Shown piece by piece: positions 38,001-47,636 of a DNA stretch of 64,000 nucleotides. The stretch lies in the NCBI GenBank assembly GCA_037441705.1, contig JBBIRR010000007.1, positions 1 through 64,000 on the forward strand, given 5' to 3'. The notes beneath the pieces are model-generated. The model had not been told where the DNA came from, made no database searches, and saw nothing but the letters and a program-made list of their open reading frames with translations. This stretch comes from Ignavibacteriales bacterium. GTDB taxonomy: Bacteria > Bacteroidota > Ignavibacteria > UBA10030 > UBA6906. A program made the position numbers and the translations under genes. Numbering within the stretch: position 1 is the stretch's first letter; each line of letters begins with the position of its first letter.

Positions 38001-40693
38001 ACAGACTCTGACGTGAGATCGGTTGTGAGGAGTGTCGAGTCCACTGCTTCGGACTGCCACTCGAAGCCGCCGCGAGAACTCGCCTTGCGAACGGAGTGCC
38101 ACTCACGCTTCAGCACCCTGCAACGCAAACCTTTCCCGCGCACAGGCGTTCCTTCGGGCGTCACGGTAACGACGGAGTACTTCAGCGCGCTATCACGGGC
38201 AATGAACGTCGCAGCCGGCCGGATGCCGATGTAAAACTCCCCCGCGTGCAGGATTGCCGTCGTTCGGCCCGAAATCGTCTGGCGACTCGGCGAGGTCACA
38301 TCCGCTTCGAAGATGAGGCTGCCCGTCGCTCGGATGTCACCGACCTGCGTCGGCACGTCAACATCGAGCGCCCCCTGTGCATTCAAGGTCGTATCCTTCG
38401 AAAACAGCAGCCGCGCGCCCGGTCCCGCTGCATCATCGTACCAGGATGCGCTTCGGCCAAAGGCGTACGACTCCCAACCGTCCGGCGTGAACCAGGTCGG
38501 CTCGTACCGCACACGCCAGCGTGCCTTCTCTCGCTTCAACTCTCCGCCAAACAAATAGCGCGCGGCGAACCTGCAGCGCAGCCGATCACCAACGATGTAT
38601 TCCTTCTCCGACGTCCGCGCAGTGACTTCGAACTCACTCACCCGGTACGCTTCCACGCGAAACGATTCTGTGGCCACATAACGGTATGGCTCAGCCTCTC
38701 GCTTCGTGCGCACACTTGCCTCGATGGTGTAGTAGCCGAGACGGCCTTCGGGCGGCACGGCGAAACGAACGTCGAGTGAACCGAACTCGTTCAGCCGAAG
38801 CGAATCGAGAAACACCTGATCGCTCTGCGGATCACGAATGCGCAGCAGTACCAAGCCTTGCGGCACGTTCCAATCGTCGGCGCGCCGCGAGCGGAAGATG
38901 CCTTTGATCTGTACCTCTTCGCCGGGCCTGTAGATGCCGCGGTCGGTAAAGAGCATGCCGTGCATCGGCTCAAACTGCGGGTCCCAATCCGTTACGAGAT
39001 TGAACCGATACGGCTCGATGCCTTGATTCCAATCCGAGCCGGTGTAGGCAAGATCATCTCCGTGCAGCGCGATCGCCCACAGGCGCGGTGCGCCCCATCC
39101 GCGTTTTGTCACGCCGTCGAACGCACGCCAACCGGGAGCGAGAGCAACGCCTTCGCCGTTCGTCTTGCCCTGCCACAGCAGGGTGTTGGTGTCGTCGCGA
39201 AGTTGGATCGCAGCGTTTGCGACAGGCTTTGCGTCGCGCAGCGTCGTCACCCACAACAGAATATTCTCCGGCGAAAACTTTCCCGTGATGCTCATCTCCG
39301 TGACCTGGAGGTCGGCACGTGAAAATCCGAACCGGCCATCGGATTCCGCATGGGAGACCTGCAGAAGCAGCGCACCACGATGGCTCGCGCCAAGCGCGTC
39401 GTCCAGCGTTACGCCGACGGTTGTCTCAACATCGAGAGGGAGTTTCAAACGATCCACGCGGTCAATGTCGAACCGAGCACGGAGCTTCACGTCTCTCATA
39501 GACAATGTGTCCGCCGTCAGAATGCGCACGAGATTTTCCGCCGTCAGCCTGAGGGCCTGAACACGCAGCGCTTCGACGTTCACTACGCGGACCGGATACT
39601 TCCGTTCGCCGTACGCCTCGAGGATGCCGTGTCCTGTGGTCATCGTAATTGCCGGATCAAACCCTACGGTGTTGAACACTGCCTTCGCATCAGCGCCGAG
39701 CTTCTGGCCGAATACATCCTGCACCGCGCCGCTGATTGTGCAGGTGTATGCTGTTCTCGGGGCAAACGGGAGACTGAGAGTAATATCGGGCGCGCTCCAC
39801 AGCCACTCGGTGTAGGAGTTAGGAATATCAACGTGGGGATTGAACGAAATGTACCGCACAAGCTCGGCAACCGAGACGGGGTTGTTGAACCTGAACGTCA
39901 GTGCGCGTTTCGGATTGCGATCCTGCGGATCAACAAGGTGAAGGAACGTCAGCGGTGCATAGGTTTCAAAGCTGAAGGATGCTTCTCTTTCCAAACCGAG
40001 TTTGCCTCGCGCACCGGGCAGGCCGGACTTCAGAAGAACGATGTACTTCGTATTCCTTTTCAGCGTTGCGGCGGGCTTCAGTTTCAACACAACGGTCGAA
40101 TCTGTTACGTACAGCGATTGCTTCTGCATTTCCTCCTGCGTCGGGTACGCGAGCGAGAAGCGCACTTCGGGGCCGTTTCTTTTCGCCTCAAACATCTTGA
40201 TGAACGGCAGAGCTTTCTCAGGCACAGTTTGTTGATTGAAGTGAAGAAGAAGGGATGTGTGAATGTCGATGCCGCGCGACCCGTGGCCCGGCCGCGTGCC
40301 GAGAAGAACCGGCCGCTGCGTTGTGAACGTCCAGATGACGTCGCGCGCAAGCACCGAACCATCCAGCGAGCGTGTGCCCGCTTTGATCGTCACTCTGTAC
40401 TCGGTGGCAATTTCCAGAGGCGTTTCGGGAATGAACGACAGCGTACTTGTCCCCAACCACCGATACTTTCCCCAAACGGACGGCGAAAGAGAGAGCGGTC
40501 CCGACCCCTCACCTTCCGGCAACTGTTGTATCGGAACCATCGGCTTGCTGAACGCTGCAACGATGGCGGTTGCCTGGTTCGCTGCATCGAGCTGACCCTT
40601 GGGCCACACGGTAAGAACGGTAAGAGAGTCCTGTGGTTGCGCGGCGGCGGTGCACGCTGCAAGGAGAGCGGCAAGGATGATTCTGGTCGGCAT
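35096..40693 (-). CDS. Bacterial alpha-2-macroglobulin family protein
   Basis: N-terminal Ig-like domains, TDRGIYRPGE, LPDNLTTF, thioester motif YPYGCVEQ, C-terminal MYEPEVFG. Confidence 0.93.
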   Translation of the reverse strand: MPTRIILAALLAACTAAAQPQDSLTVLTVWPKGQLDAANQATAIVAAFSKPMVPIQQLPEGEGSGPLSLSPSVWGKYRWLGTSTLSFIPETPLEIATEYRVTIKAGTRSLDGSVLARDVIWTFTTQRPVLLGTRPGHGSRGIDIHTSLLLHFNQQTVPEKALPFIKMFEAKRNGPEVRFSLAYPTQEEMQKQSLYVTDSTVVLKLKPAATLKRNTKYIVLLKSGLPGARGKLGLEREASFSFETYAPLTFLHLVDPQDRNPKRALTFRFNNPVSVAELVRYISFNPHVDIPNSYTEWLWSAPDITLSLPFAPRTAYTCTISGAVQDVFGQKLGADAKAVFNTVGFDPAITMTTGHGILEAYGERKYPVRVVNVEALRVQALRLTAENLVRILTADTLSMRDVKLRARFDIDRVDRLKLPLDVETTVGVTLDDALGASHRGALLLQVSHAESDGRFGFSRADLQVTEMSITGKFSPENILLWVTTLRDAKPVANAAIQLRDDTNTLLWQGKTNGEGVALAPGWRAFDGVTKRGWGAPRLWAIALHGDDLAYTGSDWNQGIEPYRFNLVTDWDPQFEPMHGMLFTDRGIYRPGEEVQIKGIFRSRRADDWNVPQGLVLLRIRDPQSDQVFLDSLRLNEFGSLDVRFAVPPEGRLGYYTIEASVRTKREAEPYRYVATESFRVEAYRVSEFEVTARTSEKEYIVGDRLRCRFAARYLFGGELKREKARWRVRYEPTWFTPDGWESYAFGRSASWYDDAAGPGARLLFSKDTTLNAQGALDVDVPTQVGDIRATGSLIFEADVTSPSRQTISGRTTAILHAGEFYIGIRPAATFIARDSALKYSVVTVTPEGTPVRGKGLRCRVLKREWHSVRKASSRGGFEWQSEAVDSTLLTTDLTSESVPVVQSFTPKQSGLYLIEITGKDARGNEIVSDVHFYASGSDYVAWERSNDDRIELIADARSYKPGQNARIIVKNPYEEATALVSIEREGILRHWRTTLKGSAPEIVVPLDKRSLPNVYVSVILLHGRVTRTPGLEQEKDVGRPSFKIGYIALPVDPGTRHLTVEMNTEKTEYRPGDSVRVTVHVRMSERTPATSELTISVADRGVLNLIGYRLPDPFDTFYGPRPLAVLTTEGRAQIVQARSFGEKGEDEGGGGGVDLGGVETRGNFKSTAYWNAHLVTDDEGSATVLFKLPDNLTTFNVMCVAQTKSSEFGYGETRITVNKPLVLQPSLPRFARLGDRFEAGAVVYNFTKEKRTVRLQMSAEGIEFKGKDVIEILLEPGEGKEVRQPFHATRVGTATFSFRAAMGNETDGLTARIPIRVAPRKETVAEFQAVATSSDMKLVVPTNTLSGLGSIEFTAASTALVGLENSVEYLFTYPYGCVEQKCSAILPIILGREMVEAFGLPMLRGKDVRELVEKTVSELRRFQIWNGGFAYWPGSMHESPYATAYVMYVLAMARKQGYSVDDDMLRRGAQYLKDVLRWEERRPHYPYTENAWAVTKAFILYTLTQLGTPEPAYYEQYFKKLDRIPLEARAYLLKAVSASPRPGKMAQAITNNLFNNIKLNPTSAHFEEPAIRGLEWCWVSNVRTTALLLQALLESNAFTRERADLPAKIVRWLMEQQRAGRWSNTQENACVVHALATYYRRMETDEPKFRAEIQVAAQRILSRTFEGRSLNTERVQRPLEAFEGGKELPLRFVKEGSGVLYAGVRMSYYPRGAALPADEGIAITKTMEPLGATAGFSARTFPPGTLVRVTLRVITPQQRNFVVVEDPVPAGFQIINTSLQTESSELADVVSRQEGTQWWGSFNHRELHDDRVLLFADQLAAGVHTFTYLARAITPGTFEMPAAHVAMMYEPEVFGRTGSATVEVK

Positions 40694-40834
40694 AGGGTCT
40701 CCGGAAAACAAGCGGACGAGAGGCTGAATGAATTGTCAGGAAGAATATATCTGAAAGACGAGAGAAATGCTCTCGCTTCGCACGATGGCAATCCTTGCCG
40801 TCTTTTGATATATTTGGTGCAGAAAGGAGTATGA

Positions 40835-41167
40835 ATGCCGCGAGAGCCGTCAACCTTCGAGGAAGTGTCATCGGCCATCGTCGCTGTCGCCCGCGAGATC
40901 GGGGCGACGCGAGCGATCCTGTTTGGCTCATTTGCCCGCGGAACGAACGATCGGCGAAGCGACGTGGATGTGGTGTTCATCCAGCAAACGGATGAACGTT
41001 TCGTGCAGCGTCCCGGCCGTGCATTGCGACTGCTCTACGAGCGCATCCGCGGCAGAGCAATTGACGTTCTCATTTACACTCCGTCCGAATTCGAAGATAT
41101 GAAAGCTTCGGGCAACCGGTTTATTGAGCGGATTGCGACTGAGGGGAAAGTACTTTATGAGTCTTGA
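40835..41167 (+). CDS. Minimal nucleotidyltransferase (MNT antitoxin)
   Basis: LFGSFARGTNDRRSDVDVV and IDVLIYTP; overlaps the downstream HEPN gene. Confidence 0.88.
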   Translation: MPREPSTFEEVSSAIVAVAREIGATRAILFGSFARGTNDRRSDVDVVFIQQTDERFVQRPGRALRLLYERIRGRAIDVLIYTPSEFEDMKASGNRFIERIATEGKVLYES

Positions 41168-41570
41168 GAAGTACAAAAGCGATGCAAAACTTTGGCTGGG
41201 GCAGGCGGAGGACGATTTGCAGGCCGCACAAACTCTTGCCTCGTCAGGAAGCCATGCACAGGCGTGTTTCCTTTGCCAACAAGCAGGTGAAAAGGCGCTG
41301 AAAGCAGTGTGGTACTTTCTCGGCATGGAGCCGTGGGGTCACTCAATCTCCAATCTGATTGCGGACATGCAACACGAGCCAGTGAAACAGGAATTATCCT
41401 CGCTCGTCGAGGCAGCAGCATTGTTAGACAAACTCTACATCCCCACACGCTATCCCAATGGTCTGCCAAACATGATGCCGCGCGATGCATATCGGGCAAA
41501 GGACAGCTCGGAAGGGATTTCCGCTGCACGCGAGATCATTCAGATCGCGAAGAGCATCTGCAAGCTCTGA
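41157..41570 (+). CDS. HEPN-domain protein (MNT-HEPN pair)
   Basis: WLGQAEDDL, ACFLCQQAGEKALKA, GHSI, LDKLYIPTRYPN. Confidence 0.88.
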   Translation: MSLEKYKSDAKLWLGQAEDDLQAAQTLASSGSHAQACFLCQQAGEKALKAVWYFLGMEPWGHSISNLIADMQHEPVKQELSSLVEAAALLDKLYIPTRYPNGLPNMMPRDAYRAKDSSEGISAAREIIQIAKSICKL

Positions 41571-41620
41571 ACGGGCCGGGGAACGTGCACGCGCAAGAGA
41601 CCAGACCCGGTTAGCATACT

Positions 41621-42517
41621 TCAGAGTGTTTCTTCTTCCGCAACCGTCCCTTTGTTGAAGAAGGGAATTCTGTCGGACAGCTCCGAGATGAGTACGCCGG
41701 CAATGATGAGTGCCCCGCCGACGACGCCGAGCGCACCGAGCATCTCCCCCAAAAAGAAATATGCCATGGTCGAAGCCCACACGGGTTCGACCGTAAAGAT
41801 AACGGCCGCACGCGTGGGCGTTGTGTCCTTCTGATATTTCGTCTGAACAAACGTGGTCAGCACCGTAGCGAAGAGAGTCAGGTAGCCCACGGAGATGAAC
41901 ACCGAAAGCGTGGGACGAAAAAAGAAATCCTCCAGAACTACTGTGGCCAGAATGCCCAGCCCGGCGCAGGTAGCGGCCTGCAGGAATGTAAGCTGCAGCG
42001 CGGACATTGCTTTTGAAGCCACGTCGAGATAGACGATGTACAACGCAAACAGAACTGCGCAGATAAGCGTGAGGAGATCGCCAAAATTCAGCTCGGCTCC
42101 CGTCGGCGACGTCAACAGCCACAATCCGCCAACGGCCAGCCCGATGCCCGCCACGTTGCCGATGGTCGGCGGCCGTCGCTCGATGATGAACTGCAGAATC
42201 GGAACGAACACCACCATCAGGCTGGTGATGAAGGCGGACTTCGAAGCAGTGGTGTAGTTCAGCCCGACGTTCTGCGCGATGAAGCCGAGAAAGAGAAACA
42301 GTCCGAGCACCGTCCCCTTCCGGATCGCTCCCTCCGGAAAAGGAAAGAGGTTCTTCCAGAACAGGACAAGAAAGAAGAGCGCCGCCACGGTGAAGCGCGT
42401 GCTCGTCATGAGGATGGGCGACATATCGCGGAGGCCGACCTTCATCGAAACGAACGTGCTGCCCCAAACCACCGTGAGGGCGAGAAGCAGTGCTTCGGCT
42501 CGTGTTTGCTTTTTCAT
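41621..42517 (-). CDS. DMT/EamA family transporter
   Basis: WGSTF, GLNYTTASKSAFITSL, GDLLTLICA, EPVWA; about 10 TM helices. Confidence 0.9.
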   Translation of the reverse strand: MKKQTRAEALLLALTVVWGSTFVSMKVGLRDMSPILMTSTRFTVAALFFLVLFWKNLFPFPEGAIRKGTVLGLFLFLGFIAQNVGLNYTTASKSAFITSLMVVFVPILQFIIERRPPTIGNVAGIGLAVGGLWLLTSPTGAELNFGDLLTLICAVLFALYIVYLDVASKAMSALQLTFLQAATCAGLGILATVVLEDFFFRPTLSVFISVGYLTLFATVLTTFVQTKYQKDTTPTRAAVIFTVEPVWASTMAYFFLGEMLGALGVVGGALIIAGVLISELSDRIPFFNKGTVAEEETL

Positions 42518-42615
42518 GTGGGCGAGTGCAGAAACCGCGAGAGACAAAATGGAAGAGCTGCCGCACTAATGCGGGTCAGGCTGAACGGAGTAGACAACGG
42601 TTGTGCGCATAACCG

Positions 42616-43731
42616 TCAGACGAGGCTATCTATTCTCTCCTCTCTTTTTTCGTACTGCGAAAAGAGTTTCCCCCAGTGGGTGTTGGCCTTCCAGTCTTCG
42701 AACACCTTCCTATCCTTGAGCGGCCAGCGGTAGTAGTCGTGATACGCTTCCGATCCGAAGATGAACGCATGCACCATCGGCGTGCGGAAGAAGAGTTTCT
42801 GCATTCCTTTGAGCGGACCAAACCAGGCGAGATTGCCGAAGAGGCTGACGCCGTTGTTGCCGACGTGGAAGCCCCAGGATTCGTTCGAGATATCTGCTCC
42901 GACGATCTCGATCTCACGCACATCCCCCACGCCGAGCTTGTCTTGATGGGCAACGCGGATGTACTCGATGCTGAGCGGATCGAATCCCATCATCTTTGCC
43001 GCCACGGCATCAATCGCCACCTGATCAGCGCTTGCAAGGATGTAGTCCTTCACCACGGGATACATTGTGCGCGGGCCGGGGCCGTTGCCTGCGGTCGTTC
43101 CGTCCATCATCGCGAAGATGCCGGTGTGGATTTCCTTCTGGATCGCAAGTAAATCCACTAAGGTCCGGTGAATCCACGAGTGCGTGTAATGGCGTTTCGT
43201 GTTCAGCAATCCGCCGAAGGCATTCTTCATCGCGCCCGTTGTCGTCGTGTAGATGTGACACTTCACCGTCGGAAGGTGAACGATATTCTTGCCGAAGAAA
43301 TAATCGGGAATGGTGATGCCTTCGGGATAAATCATCTTCAGAACGTGCATGCGCGCCTTCGGCTCGTACGTTATCCACTTCATGTCCTCGTCTTTGAAGT
43401 TGAAGAGAACGGGAATGCCGTACTGCCGGAATATCGGGACGTAGTTGTTCAGGTCCTCGCCTTTGAACGCATCGGTCACGACCGTCTTGTTCTGCACGCA
43501 GCTCACGTCTCGGAACCCGAATTTCTTCAATGCCAGAATCGTCCCCTCCAACTGCCAGGGCGTGGTGTTGGCAGCCGGGAACGGGAAATGCCACGAGATG
43601 TTATCCTTGAGAATCGTCGGCGCGCCGACATCGAGCGCCTTGGGCATGCCGGCCATCTCGGCCAGACGCTGATAATCTTCGAGAACGGTTTCGGGTGTGG
43701 TTTTGAGAACGGCGACTTTCGATCTCGTCAT
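42616..43731 (-). CDS. DUF362 domain protein
   Basis: LKDNISW, LPTVKCH, TGAMKNAFG, DQVAIDAVAAKMMGFDP. Confidence 0.78.
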   Translation of the reverse strand: MTRSKVAVLKTTPETVLEDYQRLAEMAGMPKALDVGAPTILKDNISWHFPFPAANTTPWQLEGTILALKKFGFRDVSCVQNKTVVTDAFKGEDLNNYVPIFRQYGIPVLFNFKDEDMKWITYEPKARMHVLKMIYPEGITIPDYFFGKNIVHLPTVKCHIYTTTTGAMKNAFGGLLNTKRHYTHSWIHRTLVDLLAIQKEIHTGIFAMMDGTTAGNGPGPRTMYPVVKDYILASADQVAIDAVAAKMMGFDPLSIEYIRVAHQDKLGVGDVREIEIVGADISNESWGFHVGNNGVSLFGNLAWFGPLKGMQKLFFRTPMVHAFIFGSEAYHDYYRWPLKDRKVFEDWKANTHWGKLFSQYEKREERIDSLV

Positions 43732-43740
43732 GGAACTTCC

Positions 43741-44337
43741 TTAGTGAACACTCCCGCCTTCGGGATTATCAAACTGCACTCTTGCATAAACCTCGTTCAT
43801 TGAGACGGCACACTCTAATGAGCGGAACAGCACTGTATCGTCAGGCGACGCGTAGGATGAGTACAACCATGAACCATCGGGCCGCCTCCAATACGTTTCA
43901 ACCGAATAGTGATCCTGCGCCACGAGAAGATACTCTTGCGGGGAAGCCAGCTCGCGATACATTTCGAATTTCTTGCCCCTGTCATAAACTTCCGTGGATG
44001 GCGAGAGAACCTCGATGAGAACCGTCGGATTGGTCAACGTATCGTTCATTGCATCCACGAACTTGGGCCTCCCACAACCGACAATCGCATCTGGATATGT
44101 GTACAGTCCGTTTTCCCGAACATAGAGGCGAAGGTCTGTTGGATAAACAAAGCAATCCTTCGTCTTCAGCTGATTGCCCAATTCTCTCACAAGATGCGAA
44201 ACAATAAGTGTATGCGCAGCGCTCGCGCCCGCTGTGGCAAACATCTCGCCGCCCTGATACTCGGACTTGCATTCAGCCCTGCACTCAATCTCTCAGTACT
44301 CTTCAGGCGTTATGTATCGTTTGGGGGCGGTGGACAT
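43741..44337 (-). pseudogene. Uma2/DUF820 endonuclease-family gene with in-frame TGA at codon 15
   Basis: MSTAPKRYITPEEY*EIECRAECKSEYQGGEMFA continues in frame into YTYPD, IEVLSPST..YDRGKKF..Y, EYLLV. Stop at 44293-44295. Confidence 0.8.
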
Positions 44338-44340
44338 GGC

Positions 44341-46008
44341 TCAGAACACAGCAATCTCTTCATGTACGCCGAACACTTCCGTCAGGCTCTGGCACATTTC
44401 TCCGAGCGTGACGTAGGCGCGCGTGCAATCAATCAAGTACGGCATCAAATTCTTGCCGTCTTCTGCTGCTTGCTTCAATGCACTCAGCGTTCGCGCCACC
44501 TCGGCATTGTTGCGCGACTGCCGCAGTTCGGCGAGGCGCTTGCGCTGTTTGATCTCGACTTCGGGAGAGATTTCCAGAATGGGGATTTCAAGCTTCTCAT
44601 CCTCTTCGACAAATTCGTTTACGCCGACGATGATCTTTTCCTTGTTGTCAAGCTCGAGTTGATAGCGATATGCCGCTTCGGCGATCTCCCGCTGGAAGAA
44701 TCCCGCTTCGATCGCGGGAATCACACCGCCGAGAGCTTCAATTTTTTCGAAGTACGCCTCCGCCTCTTTCTCCATCTTGTCCGTCAACGCTTCGATGAAG
44801 TAGCTGCCGCCGAGCGGATCAATCGTGTTGGTGACGCCGATTTCGTAAGCGATGATTTGCTGCGTGCGTAGAGCAATCTTGACGGCCTTCTCCGAAGGCA
44901 ATGCGAGCGTCTCATCCATCGAGTTGGTGTGCAGCGACTGCGTCCCGCCCAGCACTCCGGCCAGGGCCTCAAACGCCGTGCGGATGATGTTGTTTTCGGG
45001 CTGCTGCGCCGTGAGGGTACAGCCAGCGGTTTGCGTATGAAAGCGCAGCGTCCACGACCTCGGGTTCTTCGCCCCGTACTTGTAGCGCATGCGCTTTGCC
45101 CAGATCCTGCGTGCCGCGCGAAACTTGCAGATCTCTTCGAAGAAATCAATGTGCGAGTTGAAGAAGAACGACAGGCGCGGCGCAAAACTGTCCACGTCCA
45201 TACCCCGCTTGAGGCATTCCTCCACGTACGCGAATCCGTCCGCAAGCGTGAAGGCCAACTCCTGCACGGCAGTCGAGCCTGCCTCGCGGATATGATAGCC
45301 GCTCACCGAGACGGGATTCCACAGGGGCATCTCCTTCGAGCAGAACTCGATCATGTCGGCCACAATGCGCATCGATGGCTGCGGCGGATAGATCCATTCC
45401 TTTTGCGCGATGTATTCCTTCAAGATGTCGGTCTGGATGGTGCCGCGCAGTTCCTCGCGACGAGCACCCTGCTTCTCCGCAACGACAATGTAGAAGGCCA
45501 GCATCATCGCCGCCGGCGCATTGATCGTCATGGATGTCGAGATGTCCTTTAACGAGATCCCCTTGAAGAGAATCTCCATGTCGCTAAGCGAGCTGACCGA
45601 CACGCCGCAAATGCCGACCTCTCCCTCACTCATGGGATCATCGGCATCGCGTCCCATCAACGCGGGCAGGTCGAAGGCAACGGAAAGGCCCGTTTGCCCA
45701 TGCTCGAGAAGGTAGTGATACCGGGCGTTCGTATCTTCCGGTGAGCCGAAGCCGGCAAACTGCCGCATCGTCCACAATTTGCCGCGGTACATGTTGTGAT
45801 GGATGCCGCGCGTGTACGGAAACTCTCCCGGAAATCCTATGTCCGTCAGGTAGTTGAGATGAGCAATGTCTTCGGGCGTGTAGAGTAACTCAATCGGTTC
45901 GCCGCTGACGGTGGTGAACTTTGCCTGCAACTGACGTGAGGACTTCGCCGCTCTGGCTGCCCATTCCGCTTTCTTCTTCCGAATTTCGTCAACGCCGTTC
46001 GTGTTCAT
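44341..46008 (-). CDS. icmA: B12-dependent acyl-CoA mutase large subunit, isobutyryl-CoA mutase-type
   Basis: Stand-alone mutase TIM-barrel domain ([25 protein letters not shown]). RQFAGF and KEYIAQKEW carry Phe/Gln where methylmalonyl-CoA mutase has Tyr/Arg. Confidence 0.75.
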   Translation of the reverse strand: MNTNGVDEIRKKKAEWAARAAKSSRQLQAKFTTVSGEPIELLYTPEDIAHLNYLTDIGFPGEFPYTRGIHHNMYRGKLWTMRQFAGFGSPEDTNARYHYLLEHGQTGLSVAFDLPALMGRDADDPMSEGEVGICGVSVSSLSDMEILFKGISLKDISTSMTINAPAAMMLAFYIVVAEKQGARREELRGTIQTDILKEYIAQKEWIYPPQPSMRIVADMIEFCSKEMPLWNPVSVSGYHIREAGSTAVQELAFTLADGFAYVEECLKRGMDVDSFAPRLSFFFNSHIDFFEEICKFRAARRIWAKRMRYKYGAKNPRSWTLRFHTQTAGCTLTAQQPENNIIRTAFEALAGVLGGTQSLHTNSMDETLALPSEKAVKIALRTQQIIAYEIGVTNTIDPLGGSYFIEALTDKMEKEAEAYFEKIEALGGVIPAIEAGFFQREIAEAAYRYQLELDNKEKIIVGVNEFVEEDEKLEIPILEISPEVEIKQRKRLAELRQSRNNAEVARTLSALKQAAEDGKNLMPYLIDCTRAYVTLGEMCQSLTEVFGVHEEIAVF

Positions 46009-46127
46009 GGATTTTTTCTCTGTCTCTTGTCAATGTTGTGTGGAAGAAATTAACGAAGAAAGCCCCTGAAGTTCAATACAACCATCAGGCTCTGTGAGGG
46101 AAACGACATGCTCCTGTGCGCGATCGC

Positions 46128-47579
46128 TCAGCGAACGAGCATGAGTTTCTTTGTTTGTACATGATTTCCTGCTCGCAAACGATAGTAGTACATACCGCTC
46201 GAAAGCCCATCGGCATGAAAGACCACCTCGTGCAGGCCCGCCATTCGCCGCTCGCCGGCGATTAAGCGACGTACTTCACGACCGAGAAGGTCTACAATTA
46301 CCAGCGACACGTCCGCCGCTTCCGGAAGGCGGAACGAGATTCTTGTTGTAGGGTTAAATGGATTGGGATAGTTCTGAAGCAGCTCAAACGACCCAATCTG
46401 CTCCTGAGGCGCCACGCCCGTCACTGCCGAAACCTGCACGGGGTTGGAAAACCGCACCGTGCTGTCGAGATCGATCTGACGCAAACGATACTGAAGGGCG
46501 CTTGAAGGGGCGGACGCATCAACGAACTCGTACTGTTGCGGCTCGCCGGGTGACCCGCGACGAGGAATGAAGCTGTTCGGAAGAATGCTAAACTCTAACT
46601 CGCCAGCCGCACGTCGCTCCACATAATAGCCGGCATGCTCACGCTCTCCCGGCGTTGACCACGCCACCCGAACTCTCCCTTCGCCAATCCTTGACGCCAC
46701 AACCGACGAAAGATGAGAAAGAGGCACCTCGGCAATGCGTATCATCCAACCGTTTCGCCACGCGGCGTTGCAGAAGTTGAGCAGCAGCGTCGTGTCGATC
46801 GGCTCGCCGTGATAAACCCACAGCCCGTTCAATTCCAACAGGTTCGCATGCGGCAGCAAGATGTCGTATTCATCCTCTCGACCGCGAATCCACGTCATCG
46901 TGAATTTTGGACCGAAGATGTTTTTCATCGCGCTCCAGCTCGGACGCTGATCATAGGCAATTGGGATGAACGCGACCTCGCTCGAGTCGCCCCATCCCAA
47001 ATTCGGCGTGCAGAAGGTTGTGGTGAGTTCAGCCCAGTTCACGTAGGAACTGTACAGGATTCTGTCAACGTACTCGCCGAGGATTCTCAGATGGCTGCAC
47101 CGCTTGTATCCGCTGGAGGCGAAGAAAGCTCCGGGACGGCGCTGATGAACGTAGTCCCGCAACGCAGCAAGCTCCTGCGGTGAATGAATAGGCCCGGCAC
47201 TGGGCGCCCCGGCACAATTGTGTTCCACCGCTTCGTCAACATAGTACATCGCGGCGGCGAAAGCATCAACGGCATAGAAACCGAAGCCGTACGAGAAGTG
47301 AACCTTCATGTTCTGCGGAGCGTAACCTGCCTGCACTGCGGCTTCATAATGCGATGGGGACGCGGGCACACCAAGATAGTTAAAGCCGTACCGCGTGCGC
47401 ATCTGTACAAGGCGCTCCACCGTCCACACGTCGGGCCACACACCAATGATTTTCTCAGGCTTCGCTGCAAAGCGGTAAGAGGAATCCGGATTGGCACTCC
47501 ACGCGTTCTCATGCGCCACGAAAAACACCGTCAAGGCAAGTCCTAAGCCCCGCAGTACTTTCGACGCTGAATGCTTCAT
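46128..47579 (-). CDS. T9SS cargo of unknown function
   Basis: AAGGAGG SD; signal peptide; unassigned N-terminal domain; Ig-like VAWST..E..HAGYYVER...YRLRQIDLD; CTD LLQNYPNPFNPTT. Confidence 0.8.
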   Translation of the reverse strand: MKHSASKVLRGLGLALTVFFVAHENAWSANPDSSYRFAAKPEKIIGVWPDVWTVERLVQMRTRYGFNYLGVPASPSHYEAAVQAGYAPQNMKVHFSYGFGFYAVDAFAAAMYYVDEAVEHNCAGAPSAGPIHSPQELAALRDYVHQRRPGAFFASSGYKRCSHLRILGEYVDRILYSSYVNWAELTTTFCTPNLGWGDSSEVAFIPIAYDQRPSWSAMKNIFGPKFTMTWIRGREDEYDILLPHANLLELNGLWVYHGEPIDTTLLLNFCNAAWRNGWMIRIAEVPLSHLSSVVASRIGEGRVRVAWSTPGEREHAGYYVERRAAGELEFSILPNSFIPRRGSPGEPQQYEFVDASAPSSALQYRLRQIDLDSTVRFSNPVQVSAVTGVAPQEQIGSFELLQNYPNPFNPTTRISFRLPEAADVSLVIVDLLGREVRRLIAGERRMAGLHEVVFHADGLSSGMYYYRLRAGNHVQTKKLMLVR

Positions 47580-47636
47580 AAATCCCTCCTTGGTTATCGT
47601 CTTTTTTCGGTCCGTCCTTGAGCCGAACGAAAAGAG

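Noticed and set aside
32652-40693. Alpha-2-macroglobulin plus PbpC as a novel system
   Set aside because: This is a well-known conserved gene pair.
44293-44295. In-frame TGA as selenocysteine or a recoded stop
   Set aside because: The position corresponds to a hydrophobic residue rather than Cys in this family, no convincing SECIS hairpin was seen, and TGA is used as a normal stop throughout the window.
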